From assembly GCA_963848565.1 (NCBI GenBank), contig CAWKEQ010000027.1:16323-80322 (forward strand): 64,000 nt of DNA, given 5' to 3'. Numbering within the stretch: the first letter of the stretch is position 1; each line of letters begins with the position of its first letter. Below are positions 48,396-58,621 of this stretch, piece after piece. The notes under the pieces were generated by a model. The model saw only the letters and a list, made by a program, of their open reading frames with translations, was not told the DNA's origin and ran no database searches. The stretch comes from an uncultured delta proteobacterium (GTDB taxonomy: Bacteria; Desulfobacterota; Desulfobaccia; Desulfobaccales; 0-14-0-80-60-11). The position numbers and the translations under genes are program-made.

Positions 48396-48486
48396 CCCCG
48401 GGATTGACCAACCCCAGGGTCATGAACCTTTCGTCTGCGTCAGCCCAGGCGAGTCGCCTGTGTCGCCAATTGATTGCGATTCGGTA

Positions 48487-48906
48487 TTACATGGCCTTGG
48501 GGGATTCGGCGGGCTTGGGTTGCTCCTTGGGAGCCGGTGCCGAGCGCTTCCGGGGCACATATTGCGGCCGGTTTGCGGGTACGGGCTGCAGGTAGCGCAT
48601 GTAAGCCCAGCCGACCCGATCACGACTCACATCCCCCACCCGGCCCCAGCCAGAACTGATCTCCAGGATTTGCACTTCATCATTGAAATGCAGGGTGCCC
48701 ACCTGACGTGCCGCGGTGGTGGGACCTTCCCGGAGGGCCAGGCTGGAAACGTTGACAAAATAAAGCGGGGGGCCTGACGGCGGCGGCGGCGGAGTCTCCA
48801 CCATCGGCGGGGGCATCGGCGGCGGGCCCGGTTCCACACAGCCCATGAACAGCGTCAGGGCCATCACACAGAGTGCCAGACCGGTAAGGGTGCGTCTCAG
48901 GGTCAT
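48487..48906 (-). CDS. SH3-domain lipoprotein
   Basis: Lipobox LTLFMGC, a Pro-rich linker and a bacterial SH3-like block (VNVSSLALREGPTTAARQVGTLHFNDEVQILEISSGWGRV). ATG at 48906 after aaggag. Confidence 0.75.
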   Translation of the reverse strand: MTLRRTLTGLALCVMALTLFMGCVEPGPPPMPPPMVETPPPPPSGPPLYFVNVSSLALREGPTTAARQVGTLHFNDEVQILEISSGWGRVGDVSRDRVGWAYMRYLQPVPANRPQYVPRKRSAPAPKEQPKPAESPKAM

Positions 48907-49076
48907 AAAAATCTCCTTATTCAAGATTATGCAGCAGGCTGGCCTGCTCCGGTGTCAACGCCTCGGGTGGGACTTCCGGGCTCGGGGCAAATTGCCTCAA
49001 CCATGCTGATCGCGAACCCGCTTTTTCCCCGCGGGTATGATAGCACACAATTTTTCAGAAAATCATCCCCTAAAAA

Positions 49077-50882
49077 TTATTTAAGGGTCGTCCTGGCGCT
49101 CCCGGTTCTAGAATGGTAATAGCCGATGATATCTCGTTTGGAGATCATGGCGATGATCTCGTCCGGGGCCTCTTTCCTGACGACCGGCAATTCGTCCACG
49201 TTTAACAGAATCATCTTATCCAGGGCCAGTTGCAGTGAATCCACCCTGAAAACCCTGACCACATTCGGAGTGGCCACATCTTTGGCAACAATCAAATGGC
49301 GGACGCTCTCCTCGAACATAACTTCCCGGACATCGTTAATGGAGAGAATCCCCGTCGCCTTGCCATCCTCATTAATTACCGGGAAATAAACTTGCTGGGA
49401 ATTCGCCATAACCTCGAGGAGTTGGTCGAGAGGCATTCTCTCCCCGACGACCACAACCGGCTGTGGTTTTACCACGTCCGCCACACGCATATCCTCCAGC
49501 AGGCCCCGGGCGAACTCGGTCACATGGGCCGGAGAGGCGATACGCTTCACCACTTGCTTTTTATACAGGCTGACCTTGCCCAGTATCATATAGGAAATAG
49601 TGGAGACCATCATCAGAGGGACGAGTAACGTATAGCTGGCGCACATTTCACAGGCCATGATGATGGAAGCTACCGGGACCTTGGCGACCCCGGCAAAGAA
49701 GCCGCCGATACCCACCAGGACAAAAGAACTGGGATTGATAACCCAGCCCGGTGCCAGTTGATGACCCAGAAAGCCGAAGGCGCCCCCCAGCATGGCCCCG
49801 ATGAATATGGAAGGACCGAAGACCCCGCCGCTCCCCCCGGAACTGATGGTGCAGCTGGTGGCCACTATCTTCGCCAGGGACAGGAGCAGCATGGTGCCCC
49901 AGAATATTTTCCCTTCCATGCCCGCCTGCATCCAACCATAACCACCGTCCATCACCTGGGGAAACACCAGGGCAATGAGTCCTAACAGGAAGCCACCGAG
50001 GGCCGGCAGCAAGGCCCGGGGCAGCTTGAGGCGGCGGAACTGCTCCCGGGCGCCGTAAAACGTCTTGACCCACAGGTATCCCACCCCGGCACAGACGATG
50101 CCAAAGATGGCGTAGGGCAAGAGTTCCACCGGCGCAAAATCCACCGGCCCCGGAAAGAACAGGGCGCTGCGGCCGAAGTACTGGTCGAAGATGGAAGAGG
50201 CCACAATGGAGGAGACAATGCAGGGGAGGATGGCTTCGAATTCGAACTCCGTCTCCCGGTAGAGGACCTCCGGGGCAAAGAGAGCCGCGCCCAGGGGCGC
50301 ATGGAATATGGCTCCCAGGCCTCCGGCCGCCCCGGCCAGGACCAGGATGCGGCGATCTCGGGACCTGAGTTTCAATAACGTGGCCATAATCGAACCAAAC
50401 CCGGAGCCTATCTGGGAAATAGGACCCTCTTTCCCCGCCGAGCCGCCACTGCCAATTACTATGGCAGAAGCGATAATTTTGATAAAAGGCACGCGCTTAC
50501 GGATGAACCCGCCCCGCTCGTGAAAGGACTCGATCATGGCATCGGTGCCTTCGCCCTGAGCCTCCGGTGCGGTGAAATACACCAGCAGGCCCGAAACCAG
50601 CCCGCCCAACGTCGGAATGACCAGAAACCACCAGGAGTGGATGGAAGACAGAACCGCCACCGTCTCCACCCCCATATCCTGGATGGGTTCTATAAACCCG
50701 GTGGGGAGCTGCAGGAAATGATACAGGGTGTATCTCAAAAGTTCCTCAAAGGAAATGGCCCCGAGGCCCGAGACCATCCCCACGGCAATGCTCATCAGCG
50801 GCCAACGGATATGGCTCGACCAGCCATAGCGCTCCGGATCAAACCGATCCTTGATATTTCGGAAGAAACTGCCAGTCATCAA
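49077..50882 (-). CDS. ClC-family chloride channel/transporter with C-terminal CBS pair
   Basis: GSGGSAGKEGP, GAAGGLGAIFHAPLGAALFAPE, GGVFGPSIFIGAMLG motifs, and a CBS pair at the C-terminus. Confidence 0.9.
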   Translation of the reverse strand: MMTGSFFRNIKDRFDPERYGWSSHIRWPLMSIAVGMVSGLGAISFEELLRYTLYHFLQLPTGFIEPIQDMGVETVAVLSSIHSWWFLVIPTLGGLVSGLLVYFTAPEAQGEGTDAMIESFHERGGFIRKRVPFIKIIASAIVIGSGGSAGKEGPISQIGSGFGSIMATLLKLRSRDRRILVLAGAAGGLGAIFHAPLGAALFAPEVLYRETEFEFEAILPCIVSSIVASSIFDQYFGRSALFFPGPVDFAPVELLPYAIFGIVCAGVGYLWVKTFYGAREQFRRLKLPRALLPALGGFLLGLIALVFPQVMDGGYGWMQAGMEGKIFWGTMLLLSLAKIVATSCTISSGGSGGVFGPSIFIGAMLGGAFGFLGHQLAPGWVINPSSFVLVGIGGFFAGVAKVPVASIIMACEMCASYTLLVPLMMVSTISYMILGKVSLYKKQVVKRIASPAHVTEFARGLLEDMRVADVVKPQPVVVVGERMPLDQLLEVMANSQQVYFPVINEDGKATGILSINDVREVMFEESVRHLIVAKDVATPNVVRVFRVDSLQLALDKMILLNVDELPVVRKEAPDEIIAMISKRDIIGYYHSRTGSARTTLK

Positions 50883-51012
50883 TATGCCCCTAACACCTTA
50901 ATATTTAAAAATAAAAAAGGATATTACCCCGTAATGCAAGCCAGTCGCCCCAAGGCTGAGGTCTTGGATGCCCCGATTTTATTGTAAAACAAACCTCATG
51001 AGCGGCGAAAGG

Positions 51013-52761
51013 TCAGGCGCCTTTTTCCGTGGAATCCCGGCGCTGGGATAAGTGGACCTTGAGCAATCTTTGTTTATAAGTTGTTAATAAATCTTCCTGT
51101 TTCAAGATGCCCACCACTTTTTTATTTTCGGGCGGCAAGACTACCGGCAAATAGCTGAGGTTTCTTTCTTCCAAAAGGTCCGAGGCAGTCTCCAAATTAT
51201 CCTCCGGGGTGATGGTGACCGCCTCCTTGGTCTTAAGGTCCGCGGCTGTTATGACCCTGGAGTCGCCTCGGGCAAATCGCAAATCCTGCTGCAAATCGCC
51301 AATCGTTAAGACTCCGTTCAGTTCCCCCTGATGATCCAACACGATGAAGAAGGGGGAGGTGCTCGCCTCAGATTTCTCTAAAATTTCAGCCAGGGTGGTC
51401 TCGTCATGGATCGTCTCGACTTGGGAGCTCATGCATTCCCCCACCTTCAATGACCGGAGAATATTAGCGTCCAGTCCCCGGACCAGGTGGATACCCCGGC
51501 GCAACAATTTGGTTTGATAAATGGAGTGGCCATACAAGGATTTCACTGTCATTATGCAGGTCGCACAACTGATCAACAACGGAATAATGGTGCGATAATC
51601 ATGAGTCAGCTCGAAGACGAGCAGGATGGCGGTCATGGGGCCTAAGGTGACGCCGCTGACCACGGTCCCCATACCCACCAGGGCATAATCTATCGGATTT
51701 AAGGCGAGGTGCGGCAAGATTGCATTGCCCGACAAGGCCAGGCTGGTCCCCAACATGGCCCCCAAAAAGAGGGACGGCCCAAAGACGCCGCCGCTCATGG
51801 AGCCCAGGCAGATGGCGGTGGCCAGTAATTTTGCCACCAGGATCAGCGCTGCGAAGTCAAGGGTCAGTTTACCGGTGAGAGCCAGGTTGATGGAGTCATA
51901 ACCCACCCCGAAGACGTGGGGACACCAGAGCCCGATCAAGCCCAGGCCCAAACCGCCTAACCCGGGTTTGCACCACTCCGGCAGGGGCAGTCTCCGGAAC
52001 ATCGTGTCGGAGGCGAAGACGCTGCGCATGAACAAAATCGCCAGGAGACCCCCCATTAAGCCCAAGATCAGATACAACCCGAGTTCTCCGGGATTGGGAA
52101 ATTGGAAACCGGGGGTGATGAATATGGGGAAGCCCGTCCAAATCTGGTGTGTGGTGATGACCGCGATGATTGACGCCAGGGCGATGGGGCCGAGATAGGC
52201 GATCTGGATATCGCCCAGGATGATCTCGACGGCAAACATGGTCCCGGCGAACGGGGTATTAAAGGTTGCCGCAATGCCGCCGGCGGCGCCGCAGGCCAGG
52301 GCCACTCTGACTTTTTGGGGACTGAGCTTAAAGAAGCGTCCCAGGGACGACCCGAGGGCGGCGCCGATGGTCGCCACCGGTCCTTCCCGGCCTACCGAAC
52401 CTCCCGTGGCCAGGGTAAGGGCGGTGCAGAGCACTTTGAGAATAGTGGCCTTGGGCCGCAGGTAACTATCCTCCAAGGCCGCGGCTTCGATCACCTCGGA
52501 GACCCCGGGCCCGCGCAGTTCGGGCACCAGAAAGGCAATCACCGGACCCAGGGCCAGGCCGCCCAGCGTCGGCACCAAGAGCTTTAACCACCAGGGGGCC
52601 AACATTACCTGGGCCAGGAAATTTTCCCCTCCCGGCCAAAAGGCCCATTGACCTAAAGCTATTAAAGCCAGGAAACCCAAGGCGCCGACCCCGGACAGGG
52701 CCCCGACCGTGATGGCGAACAGGAGCAGCAAGGCTTCAAGGGTATGTGGCCTGAGCTTCAT
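51013..52761 (-). CDS. ClC-family chloride channel/transporter with C-terminal CBS pair (paralog)
   Basis: GGSVGREGP, GAAGGIAATFNTPFAGTMFAVE, GGVFGPSLFLGAMLG, and a CBS pair. Confidence 0.9.
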   Translation of the reverse strand: MKLRPHTLEALLLLFAITVGALSGVGALGFLALIALGQWAFWPGGENFLAQVMLAPWWLKLLVPTLGGLALGPVIAFLVPELRGPGVSEVIEAAALEDSYLRPKATILKVLCTALTLATGGSVGREGPVATIGAALGSSLGRFFKLSPQKVRVALACGAAGGIAATFNTPFAGTMFAVEIILGDIQIAYLGPIALASIIAVITTHQIWTGFPIFITPGFQFPNPGELGLYLILGLMGGLLAILFMRSVFASDTMFRRLPLPEWCKPGLGGLGLGLIGLWCPHVFGVGYDSINLALTGKLTLDFAALILVAKLLATAICLGSMSGGVFGPSLFLGAMLGTSLALSGNAILPHLALNPIDYALVGMGTVVSGVTLGPMTAILLVFELTHDYRTIIPLLISCATCIMTVKSLYGHSIYQTKLLRRGIHLVRGLDANILRSLKVGECMSSQVETIHDETTLAEILEKSEASTSPFFIVLDHQGELNGVLTIGDLQQDLRFARGDSRVITAADLKTKEAVTITPEDNLETASDLLEERNLSYLPVVLPPENKKVVGILKQEDLLTTYKQRLLKVHLSQRRDSTEKGA

Positions 52762-52919
52762 ATCTTTCAGGGGCTAGAAGACAAACGGCAACAGGTGAGA
52801 GCCCATCGCCTCAACGTTTGCATCTGATGTGGCGGTGACCAGGCAGCCTGGCTGGTCCGGCCTTTCCTTCCGGCTTCAGGAGAAGCTGGATTATCCGTTA
52901 ATCGAGCCGCAGAATAGCT

Positions 52920-53281
52920 TTACGCCCTGATCCATTCCCAGGCTTCCGGGAGCTGCTCGCCGGCAAAGACTTTGGTATCCCCTTGCATCAGGGGCGCAAA
53001 GAGCTTCATGGCCAGTTTAACCCATTGGGGCCCGCCCACGATGGCCATCTTCTCAAAGTCATCTTTGTGGGGCAGGAAGAATTTGGCATCGTCCCACATG
53101 GCCCCCACCTCCATACCCGTAAACCCCTCATCCAGGACGCAGAGCAGGCGAATTTTACCGTGCTGCTTGATCAGGGCTTCCAGAGTGGGAATCAAGACTC
53201 CTGGTAGTCCCCATCCGTGAGCTTACCGACAGGCTTCACGCCGATAATTTTGCCGCCACTTTCGGGCATGATCTGAATCAT
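52920..53281 (-). CDS. SpoIIAA-like STAS-fold protein; apparent 1-nt deletion near 53196-53198
   Basis: MIQIMPESGGKIIGVKPVGKLTDGDYQE in one frame. LIPTLEALIKQHGKIRLLCVLDEGFTGME...AIVGGPQWV in the next. Confidence 0.7.
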
Positions 53282-53390
53282 GGCTTTCCTCCTTTATTTA
53301 AAATAACGGTTTTTATCATTTCTGCAAGGCATTGATAAACCAGGGCAAGGCTTTCCGGACTGAAAAGGATGAGGGTTGGCAGCATAAGGC

Positions 53391-53419
53391 TTGAAAATTA
53401 TCAATCGATAATGTATAAA
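53391..53419 (+). promoter_or_regulatory. Sigma-70-type promoter with an embedded TTATC-N4-GATAA inverted repeat
   Basis: TTGAAA, 17 nt, TATAAA. The spacer contains ttatcaatcgataa. Further TTATCA/TTGATAA motifs lie at 53313, 53332 and 53440. Confidence 0.55.
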
Positions 53420-53458
53420 TATAAATCAATTAACAATTATTATCAAGGGGTGGCCGGG

Positions 53459-54145
53459 ATGTTCCGCTTAACCAGCCTGATTTCTTTAACATACCAGGAA
53501 TTTGGCCAGATGTTGGACACTTCTGGCGAACAGCTCTACAGGAAAATCATGCTGGCCCTGGGGGTGGAAACCGACAAGGAACTCGCCCATAAGCTGGGCA
53601 TATCCGAACAGGCGGTTAATAATGCCAAACGGCATGGCAAAATTCCTGACCGCTGGTTGATGTTCGCGGTGTGTCATTCCGGTGTCGCCTTGCCCCTGTT
53701 CTTGTCCCTCACCGACCGGGAGTTGGGCCGGGTCTTCGCCGATCAAAGCCGCTACGCCTTCAAATTGGTGCCGATTATTAGATCCTTGCAGGATCTGAGC
53801 GATGAAAATTACGTGGAGCACGCGATCTCTTATCTGGCCCAGCAAAAATATGAGCTCCAAAAGGCCAGCGCAGAAAAAGATGAACTGGTGGCCCTGGTGA
53901 TGGCCGAACATGCCCTGGAGCCGACCATCAAGCCGGGAGATACCGTCATTATCAGCCTGACCCAGCGGCAATTCGCCCAGGGCGGCATTTTCGTGGTCAA
54001 TCTCGACGGCACCCTGCTCTTGTGCCGGTTGAACAAACTGCCGGGTAGATTTCGCATCGCCTTTGATAATCCCCACGTCAAAGATTTTGAGACGGAGGAA
54101 GTGGATATTCGCGGCCGGGTCTTGTGGGTTTCCCAGGCGGTTTAG
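53459..54145 (+). CDS. Phage CI-type repressor: CI HTH plus an S24 LexA-like domain lacking the catalytic Ser/Lys
   Basis: HTH block LGVETDKELAHKLGISEQAVNNAKRHGKIPDRWL. The S24-like C-terminus has ALEPTIKPGD where G-S-M-x-P is expected, and LCRL where K-R-L is expected. Confidence 0.75.
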   Translation: MFRLTSLISLTYQEFGQMLDTSGEQLYRKIMLALGVETDKELAHKLGISEQAVNNAKRHGKIPDRWLMFAVCHSGVALPLFLSLTDRELGRVFADQSRYAFKLVPIIRSLQDLSDENYVEHAISYLAQQKYELQKASAEKDELVALVMAEHALEPTIKPGDTVIISLTQRQFAQGGIFVVNLDGTLLLCRLNKLPGRFRIAFDNPHVKDFETEEVDIRGRVLWVSQAV

Positions 54146-54250
54146 AGATCAGCAGCTTTTTTAGCCGGCTGGCTGACTGCCTCAATTTCCCTGGTGAGTG
54201 TGGTGAAAATGCGTTCATTATCAGCCTCAATTTTGAGCAAGGAGGGAGAC

Positions 54251-54772
54251 ATGCCTTATCGGAAGAAAGTTGCGGAACTGATGATTCCCTTGGAGGATTA
54301 TCCTCATATTCCCTACTGGTTCACCCTGCGTCAGGCCATGGCCATCGTCCGGGAGGCGGCCATCAAGTTCGAACGCACCTTCGAGCCCCGGTCGATGTTG
54401 GTATTCGATGAAAAATACCATCTCCTGGGGATCTTGACCCTGCGGGATATCCTCCGGGGTCTGGCCCCCAAATTTGTCCAAGGGGCTGTCGGCAAATTAC
54501 CAGCCGACTTTGACCTGGATTCTGCCGTCTCAGACCTGGAGGCGGACCTTTCCGGCCCGAGGGTGAAGGAGGCCGCGGAGACCGCAGTGAGCGAGGTTAT
54601 GAGTCCCATCGAGGTTACGGTGGACACCGGCGACTCCCTGGCCAAGGCCCTCTTTTTGATGATCAAGGAGGACTTGGGCCGAATGCCGGTCATGGAGGAA
54701 CAAAGGGTCGTGGGCATAGTCCGGCTGAGCGACCTGTTCCAGGAGATCTCCGACTTCGTGCTCAGCGAGTGA
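54251..54772 (+). CDS. CBS-pair domain protein
   Basis: Two CBS repeats. ATG preceded by ggaggga. Confidence 0.8.
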   Translation: MPYRKKVAELMIPLEDYPHIPYWFTLRQAMAIVREAAIKFERTFEPRSMLVFDEKYHLLGILTLRDILRGLAPKFVQGAVGKLPADFDLDSAVSDLEADLSGPRVKEAAETAVSEVMSPIEVTVDTGDSLAKALFLMIKEDLGRMPVMEEQRVVGIVRLSDLFQEISDFVLSE

Positions 54773-54856
54773 GGTTATTCTTAGGTCCCAAGCAGGGTTA
54801 GACAAACCCAATCTCCAGGGGAGTTACTGGTTCCCCTGCGGTAAGGAATATCGTTT

Positions 54857-56600
54857 ATGCGAAATATGATGAAATTAACCACCCTCGTTCTGCTCGGCGT
54901 ATTCCTCTGCGTCACCCTGGCGGCCGCCGCGGTTTCGGCCGCGGTGGAAAAGCCCGGTGACCGCCTCACGGTGGCCGGGGCCGTCAAGAATCTCCAGGGC
55001 CGCGGGGTTAAGGAAGTGGTGGTGGAAGTTCTGGTCAATGGCCAACATCTCAAGACTGCGGGCCCGGAGGAGGAAATCGCCACCGGGAAGTCGGGGAGTT
55101 TTTTAGGGGAATTCGTGCTGCCCGCCGGCACCCTGCCCGGCGCCAAGGTGGAGGTCCAGGCCGCCAAACCCTCCTGGCGAGAGATCGGCCCCACCGGGAT
55201 CAAAGTCATCGAAGCAGGCAACGATGCCCAGGGCAACAAGGTCTATCAAGCGACCCAGAGCCTGACCATGTACCGCACCATCACCCCGGGTTTCTGGATC
55301 GCCACGATTATTTTGTTCGTGGTCTACGTGATCATCGCCGCGGAGTGGATGCACCGGGCCCTGGCGGCCTTTCTCGGCGCCACCCTGGTCATGTTCATCA
55401 GCTATACCCTGGGAACCTTCGATAAAAAGTATTTCATTCTCTCCTTCGAAGACGCCATGCGGGCCATCGACCTGAACGTCATCTTTCTCCTCATGGGCAT
55501 GATGATCATCGTCGGGGTCCTGAAAAAGACCGGCCTGTTCCAATGGCTGGCCTACAAATCCTATGCCCTGGCCCGGGGGAATATTTTCGTCCTGGCGGGC
55601 ATCCTCATGGTGGTGACCGCCGTCGCCTCCGCCTTCCTGGACAACGTCACCACCATGCTGCTCATGATTCCGGTGACCATCGAGATTGCCGTCACCTTGA
55701 AAATCAACCCCATCACCTTTCTGATTCCCGAGGTCTTCGCCTCCAATGTCGGGGGCACCACCACCCTGATCGGCGATCCCCCCAATATCCTCATCGGCTC
55801 TTTTGCCAAGCTCACCTTTGTCCAGTTTGTGGAGCCATTTGGCGATTATCTGCCTCATTTGCCTGGTGGTGGCAGTGGTCTATTATATTTACTGGTACAA
55901 GAAGGATTATCTTAAGGCCGAAGTCAAAGACGTGGACCGCACCATCGCCTATTTGCGGGAGGAATACCAGATCACCAATGTCAAGCTCACCGTCATGAGC
56001 CTGGGGATGCTGGGCTTCACCATCCTCCTGTTCGTGTTTCATGGCGTGCTCCACATGGAACCGTCCATCGCCGCCCTGACCGGGGCCATGGTTCTGCTGG
56101 CCATCTCCGGGGTGGACATTGTGGAGATGCTGGAACACGAAGTGGAATGGCCCACGCTGGTTTTTTTCATGGCCCTGTTCATCGTCATCGCCGGGGCGGA
56201 AGAGACCGGCTTGATCCAGATGATTGCCGAGTGGGTCAGGGACGCCTCCCGGGGCAACCTGACGGTGGCCGTGATCATGGTCCTGTGGGTGGCGGCCATC
56301 GCTTCGGCGTTCATCGACAATATTCCCTTCACCGCCACCATGCTGCCCATCGTGGCCTTTCTCAACCAGAGCATGAACGTGCCCAATGACGTCCTGTGGT
56401 GGTCCCTGGCGTTGGGGGCCTGCCTGGGGGGCAACGGCACCATGATCGGCGCTTCCGCCAACGTGGTCACCGTGGGCATGATGGAGAAGGCCGGCTACCA
56501 CGTCTCCTTTCTCCATTACATGAAGGTCTGCTTTGTGCCCATGCTGATTACCGTTGTCCTGGCCATGTTCTACCTGCTGGGGTTTGAGATGCCGAAATAA
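54857..56600 (+). CDS. ArsB/NhaD-superfamily (SLC13-like) permease with N-terminal extracytoplasmic extension; apparent 1-nt insertion at about 55835
   Basis: Signal/TM segment plus about 120 aa of beta-rich region, then TM bundles with FLDNVTTMLLMIPV and a repeated FIDNIPFTATMLPIV. The frame changes between ...LTFVQFVE and HLAIICLICLVV. Confidence 0.8.
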
Positions 56601-56702
56601 GTGGTTTTCCCAGCCCACCTGTGCCAGGGTTAAGATGAAAAGAGGTGCAGCTGTCTGTCGTTAGATCACCGGGCCGCGCTTCAGACCCTTAGGGAGGTTC
56701 TT

Positions 56703-57407
56703 TTGGAGAAGACTGAGAAGTTTGACCCCGACCTGCCGGCTAAGGACCCTTTCTGGTTTCGGGAGTGTTTTTTGATGCCCATGCCCCTGGGCCGGAAGGC
56801 CATCAACCTCAGGGAACTCCTGCAAATCATCCGGGAAGCGGACGAGTCGGTGCTGTACTACCATCTCTTGCAATCCCGCCTGGCCGTCACCCAGCCGGTG
56901 GTGGAGTATCCCAACGATTTTGCCTTTTGGGCCGCCACCGCCCTGCAAGACAGCAAGCTGGCCGAGAAACTCAGCTCCTTTGATCCCTTTGATTATGACC
57001 ACATGGAGCAAGTCCGGGAGGCGATGGTGGACATCCTGGAAGAGTATCTGTGGAATTTGCCCAGTATCCCCTGGGCCCGCGCCGGGTTTGAATTTCATTT
57101 CTGCGAAGCCTCCATGGTAGTCATTCGCTCCGAGATCCCGGCCAACACCCTGAAGGAATTTTGCCAGGGCCTGGGGAAGGTGGGGCTGGACTCCGTTTAT
57201 TACCATTTTTTTGAGGCCCGCCGCCGCCTGGGCATGGTCCACATGGATGATTTTTCCTACTGGATGGAAGCCAATTTCGGCCTGCCGGAGTTGGTGGAGG
57301 CGATTCGGGACATCGACGGTTACTTCTATACGCTGAAAGAAATTCGGGACACCCTTTTGGCCTTGATCCACCAGCATTTGGGAGAACTCTGTGGTCACAC
57401 TGGATGA
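56703..57407 (+). CDS. Hypothetical protein (DUF5752-like by recollection), overlapping the treT start
   Basis: TTG start. 17-nt overlap with the next gene. No catalytic motif recognised. Confidence 0.55.
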   Translation: MEKTEKFDPDLPAKDPFWFRECFLMPMPLGRKAINLRELLQIIREADESVLYYHLLQSRLAVTQPVVEYPNDFAFWAATALQDSKLAEKLSSFDPFDYDHMEQVREAMVDILEEYLWNLPSIPWARAGFEFHFCEASMVVIRSEIPANTLKEFCQGLGKVGLDSVYYHFFEARRRLGMVHMDDFSYWMEANFGLPELVEAIRDIDGYFYTLKEIRDTLLALIHQHLGELCGHTG

Positions 57408-58614
57408 TTATACCGCGATTGTCGGTGCGGAAGTGGTCGGCCAGCTCTACCGCCTGGCGGAGCGCCTGGGGCCCCGCCGCTTCGTCCATATCAATTCCAC
57501 CCGCACCGGCGGGGGAGTGGCGGAGATCCTCTCCCGGGCCGTGCCGTTGTTGAACCAGTTGGGGTTGGAGACCGTCTGGGAGGTAGTCCAGGGCGACCCG
57601 GATTTTTTCGAAGTGACCAAATCCTTTCATAATGCCTTGCAGGGACAAGACGTCCGGATCAGCAAGTCCTTGTTGAACCACTACGAGGAGATCAATCGGG
57701 AGAATGCCCGGAAGTTTACCTGGGAGGCGGACTTCGTCCTGGTGCACGACCCCCAGCCGGCCTGGCTCATTAATGAAATGCGGTCCCAGGCCAAGCACTG
57801 GATATGGCGCTGCCATATCGACGCCTCCCGGCCCAATCTCAAGGTCTGGAAATACCTGCGGGAGATCGTCAGTAAATATGACGCCTCCATCTTTTCCATG
57901 GCGCAATTTGCCCAAAATCTGCCTCACGATCAATATCTCATCCGGCCCTCCATCGACCCTTTAAGTGAAAAGAACCGGGAACTGACCCCGGAGGAAATCC
58001 AGAAGGTCCTGGACCGTCTGCACATTGAGCAAGACAAGCCCATGATTCTGCAAGTCTCCCGGTTCGATTCTTTTAAAGACCCGGTGGGGGTAATTCAGGC
58101 CTTCCGCATGGTGCGCAAACATACCCCCTGTAAACTGGTGTTGGCCGGAGGCGAGGCCACCGACGACCCGGAAGGGCCCCAGACCCTGGCGGAGGTCATG
58201 GAAGCGGCCGAGGGGGAGCCGGACATTCAGGTGCTTTTGTTGCCCGCGGACGCCCATCACGACATCAACGCTTTGCAGCGCGCCGCGGATATTATCCTCC
58301 AAAAATCCACCCGGGAAGGGTTCGGCCTGACGGTCACCGAGGCCATGTGGAAAGGCAAGCCGGTCATCGGCAGCGACGTGGGGGGCATCGTCTTGCAGCT
58401 CCGGGATTATAGCACCGGCTTCCTGGTCAATTCCCCGGAGGGCTGCGCCTTCCGCATCCGCTATTTGCTCCACCGGCCGGAGATGGGCAAACGCATGGGT
58501 AAACTGGCCCAGGAATTCGTGCGGCAACACTTCCTCATCACCCGTAATATCCGGGATTATCTGACGCTCCTGTCGCTGCTGGAAAATCCCGGCAGCCGCG
58601 TCATTGAGCTCTGA
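57391..58614 (+). CDS. treT: Trehalose glycosyltransferring synthase (GT4, TreT type)
   Basis: Colinear similarity to archaeal TreT as I recall it: LDDY..IVG...FVHINSTRTGGGVAEIL...FFEVTKSFHNALQG, WRCHID, PSIDPLSEKN, VSRFD..KD, DDPEG, QKSTREGFGLTVTEAMWKGKPVIG. Confidence 0.85.
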   Translation: MVTLDDYTAIVGAEVVGQLYRLAERLGPRRFVHINSTRTGGGVAEILSRAVPLLNQLGLETVWEVVQGDPDFFEVTKSFHNALQGQDVRISKSLLNHYEEINRENARKFTWEADFVLVHDPQPAWLINEMRSQAKHWIWRCHIDASRPNLKVWKYLREIVSKYDASIFSMAQFAQNLPHDQYLIRPSIDPLSEKNRELTPEEIQKVLDRLHIEQDKPMILQVSRFDSFKDPVGVIQAFRMVRKHTPCKLVLAGGEATDDPEGPQTLAEVMEAAEGEPDIQVLLLPADAHHDINALQRAADIILQKSTREGFGLTVTEAMWKGKPVIGSDVGGIVLQLRDYSTGFLVNSPEGCAFRIRYLLHRPEMGKRMGKLAQEFVRQHFLITRNIRDYLTLLSLLENPGSRVIEL

Positions 58615-58621
58615 TGGTCTT

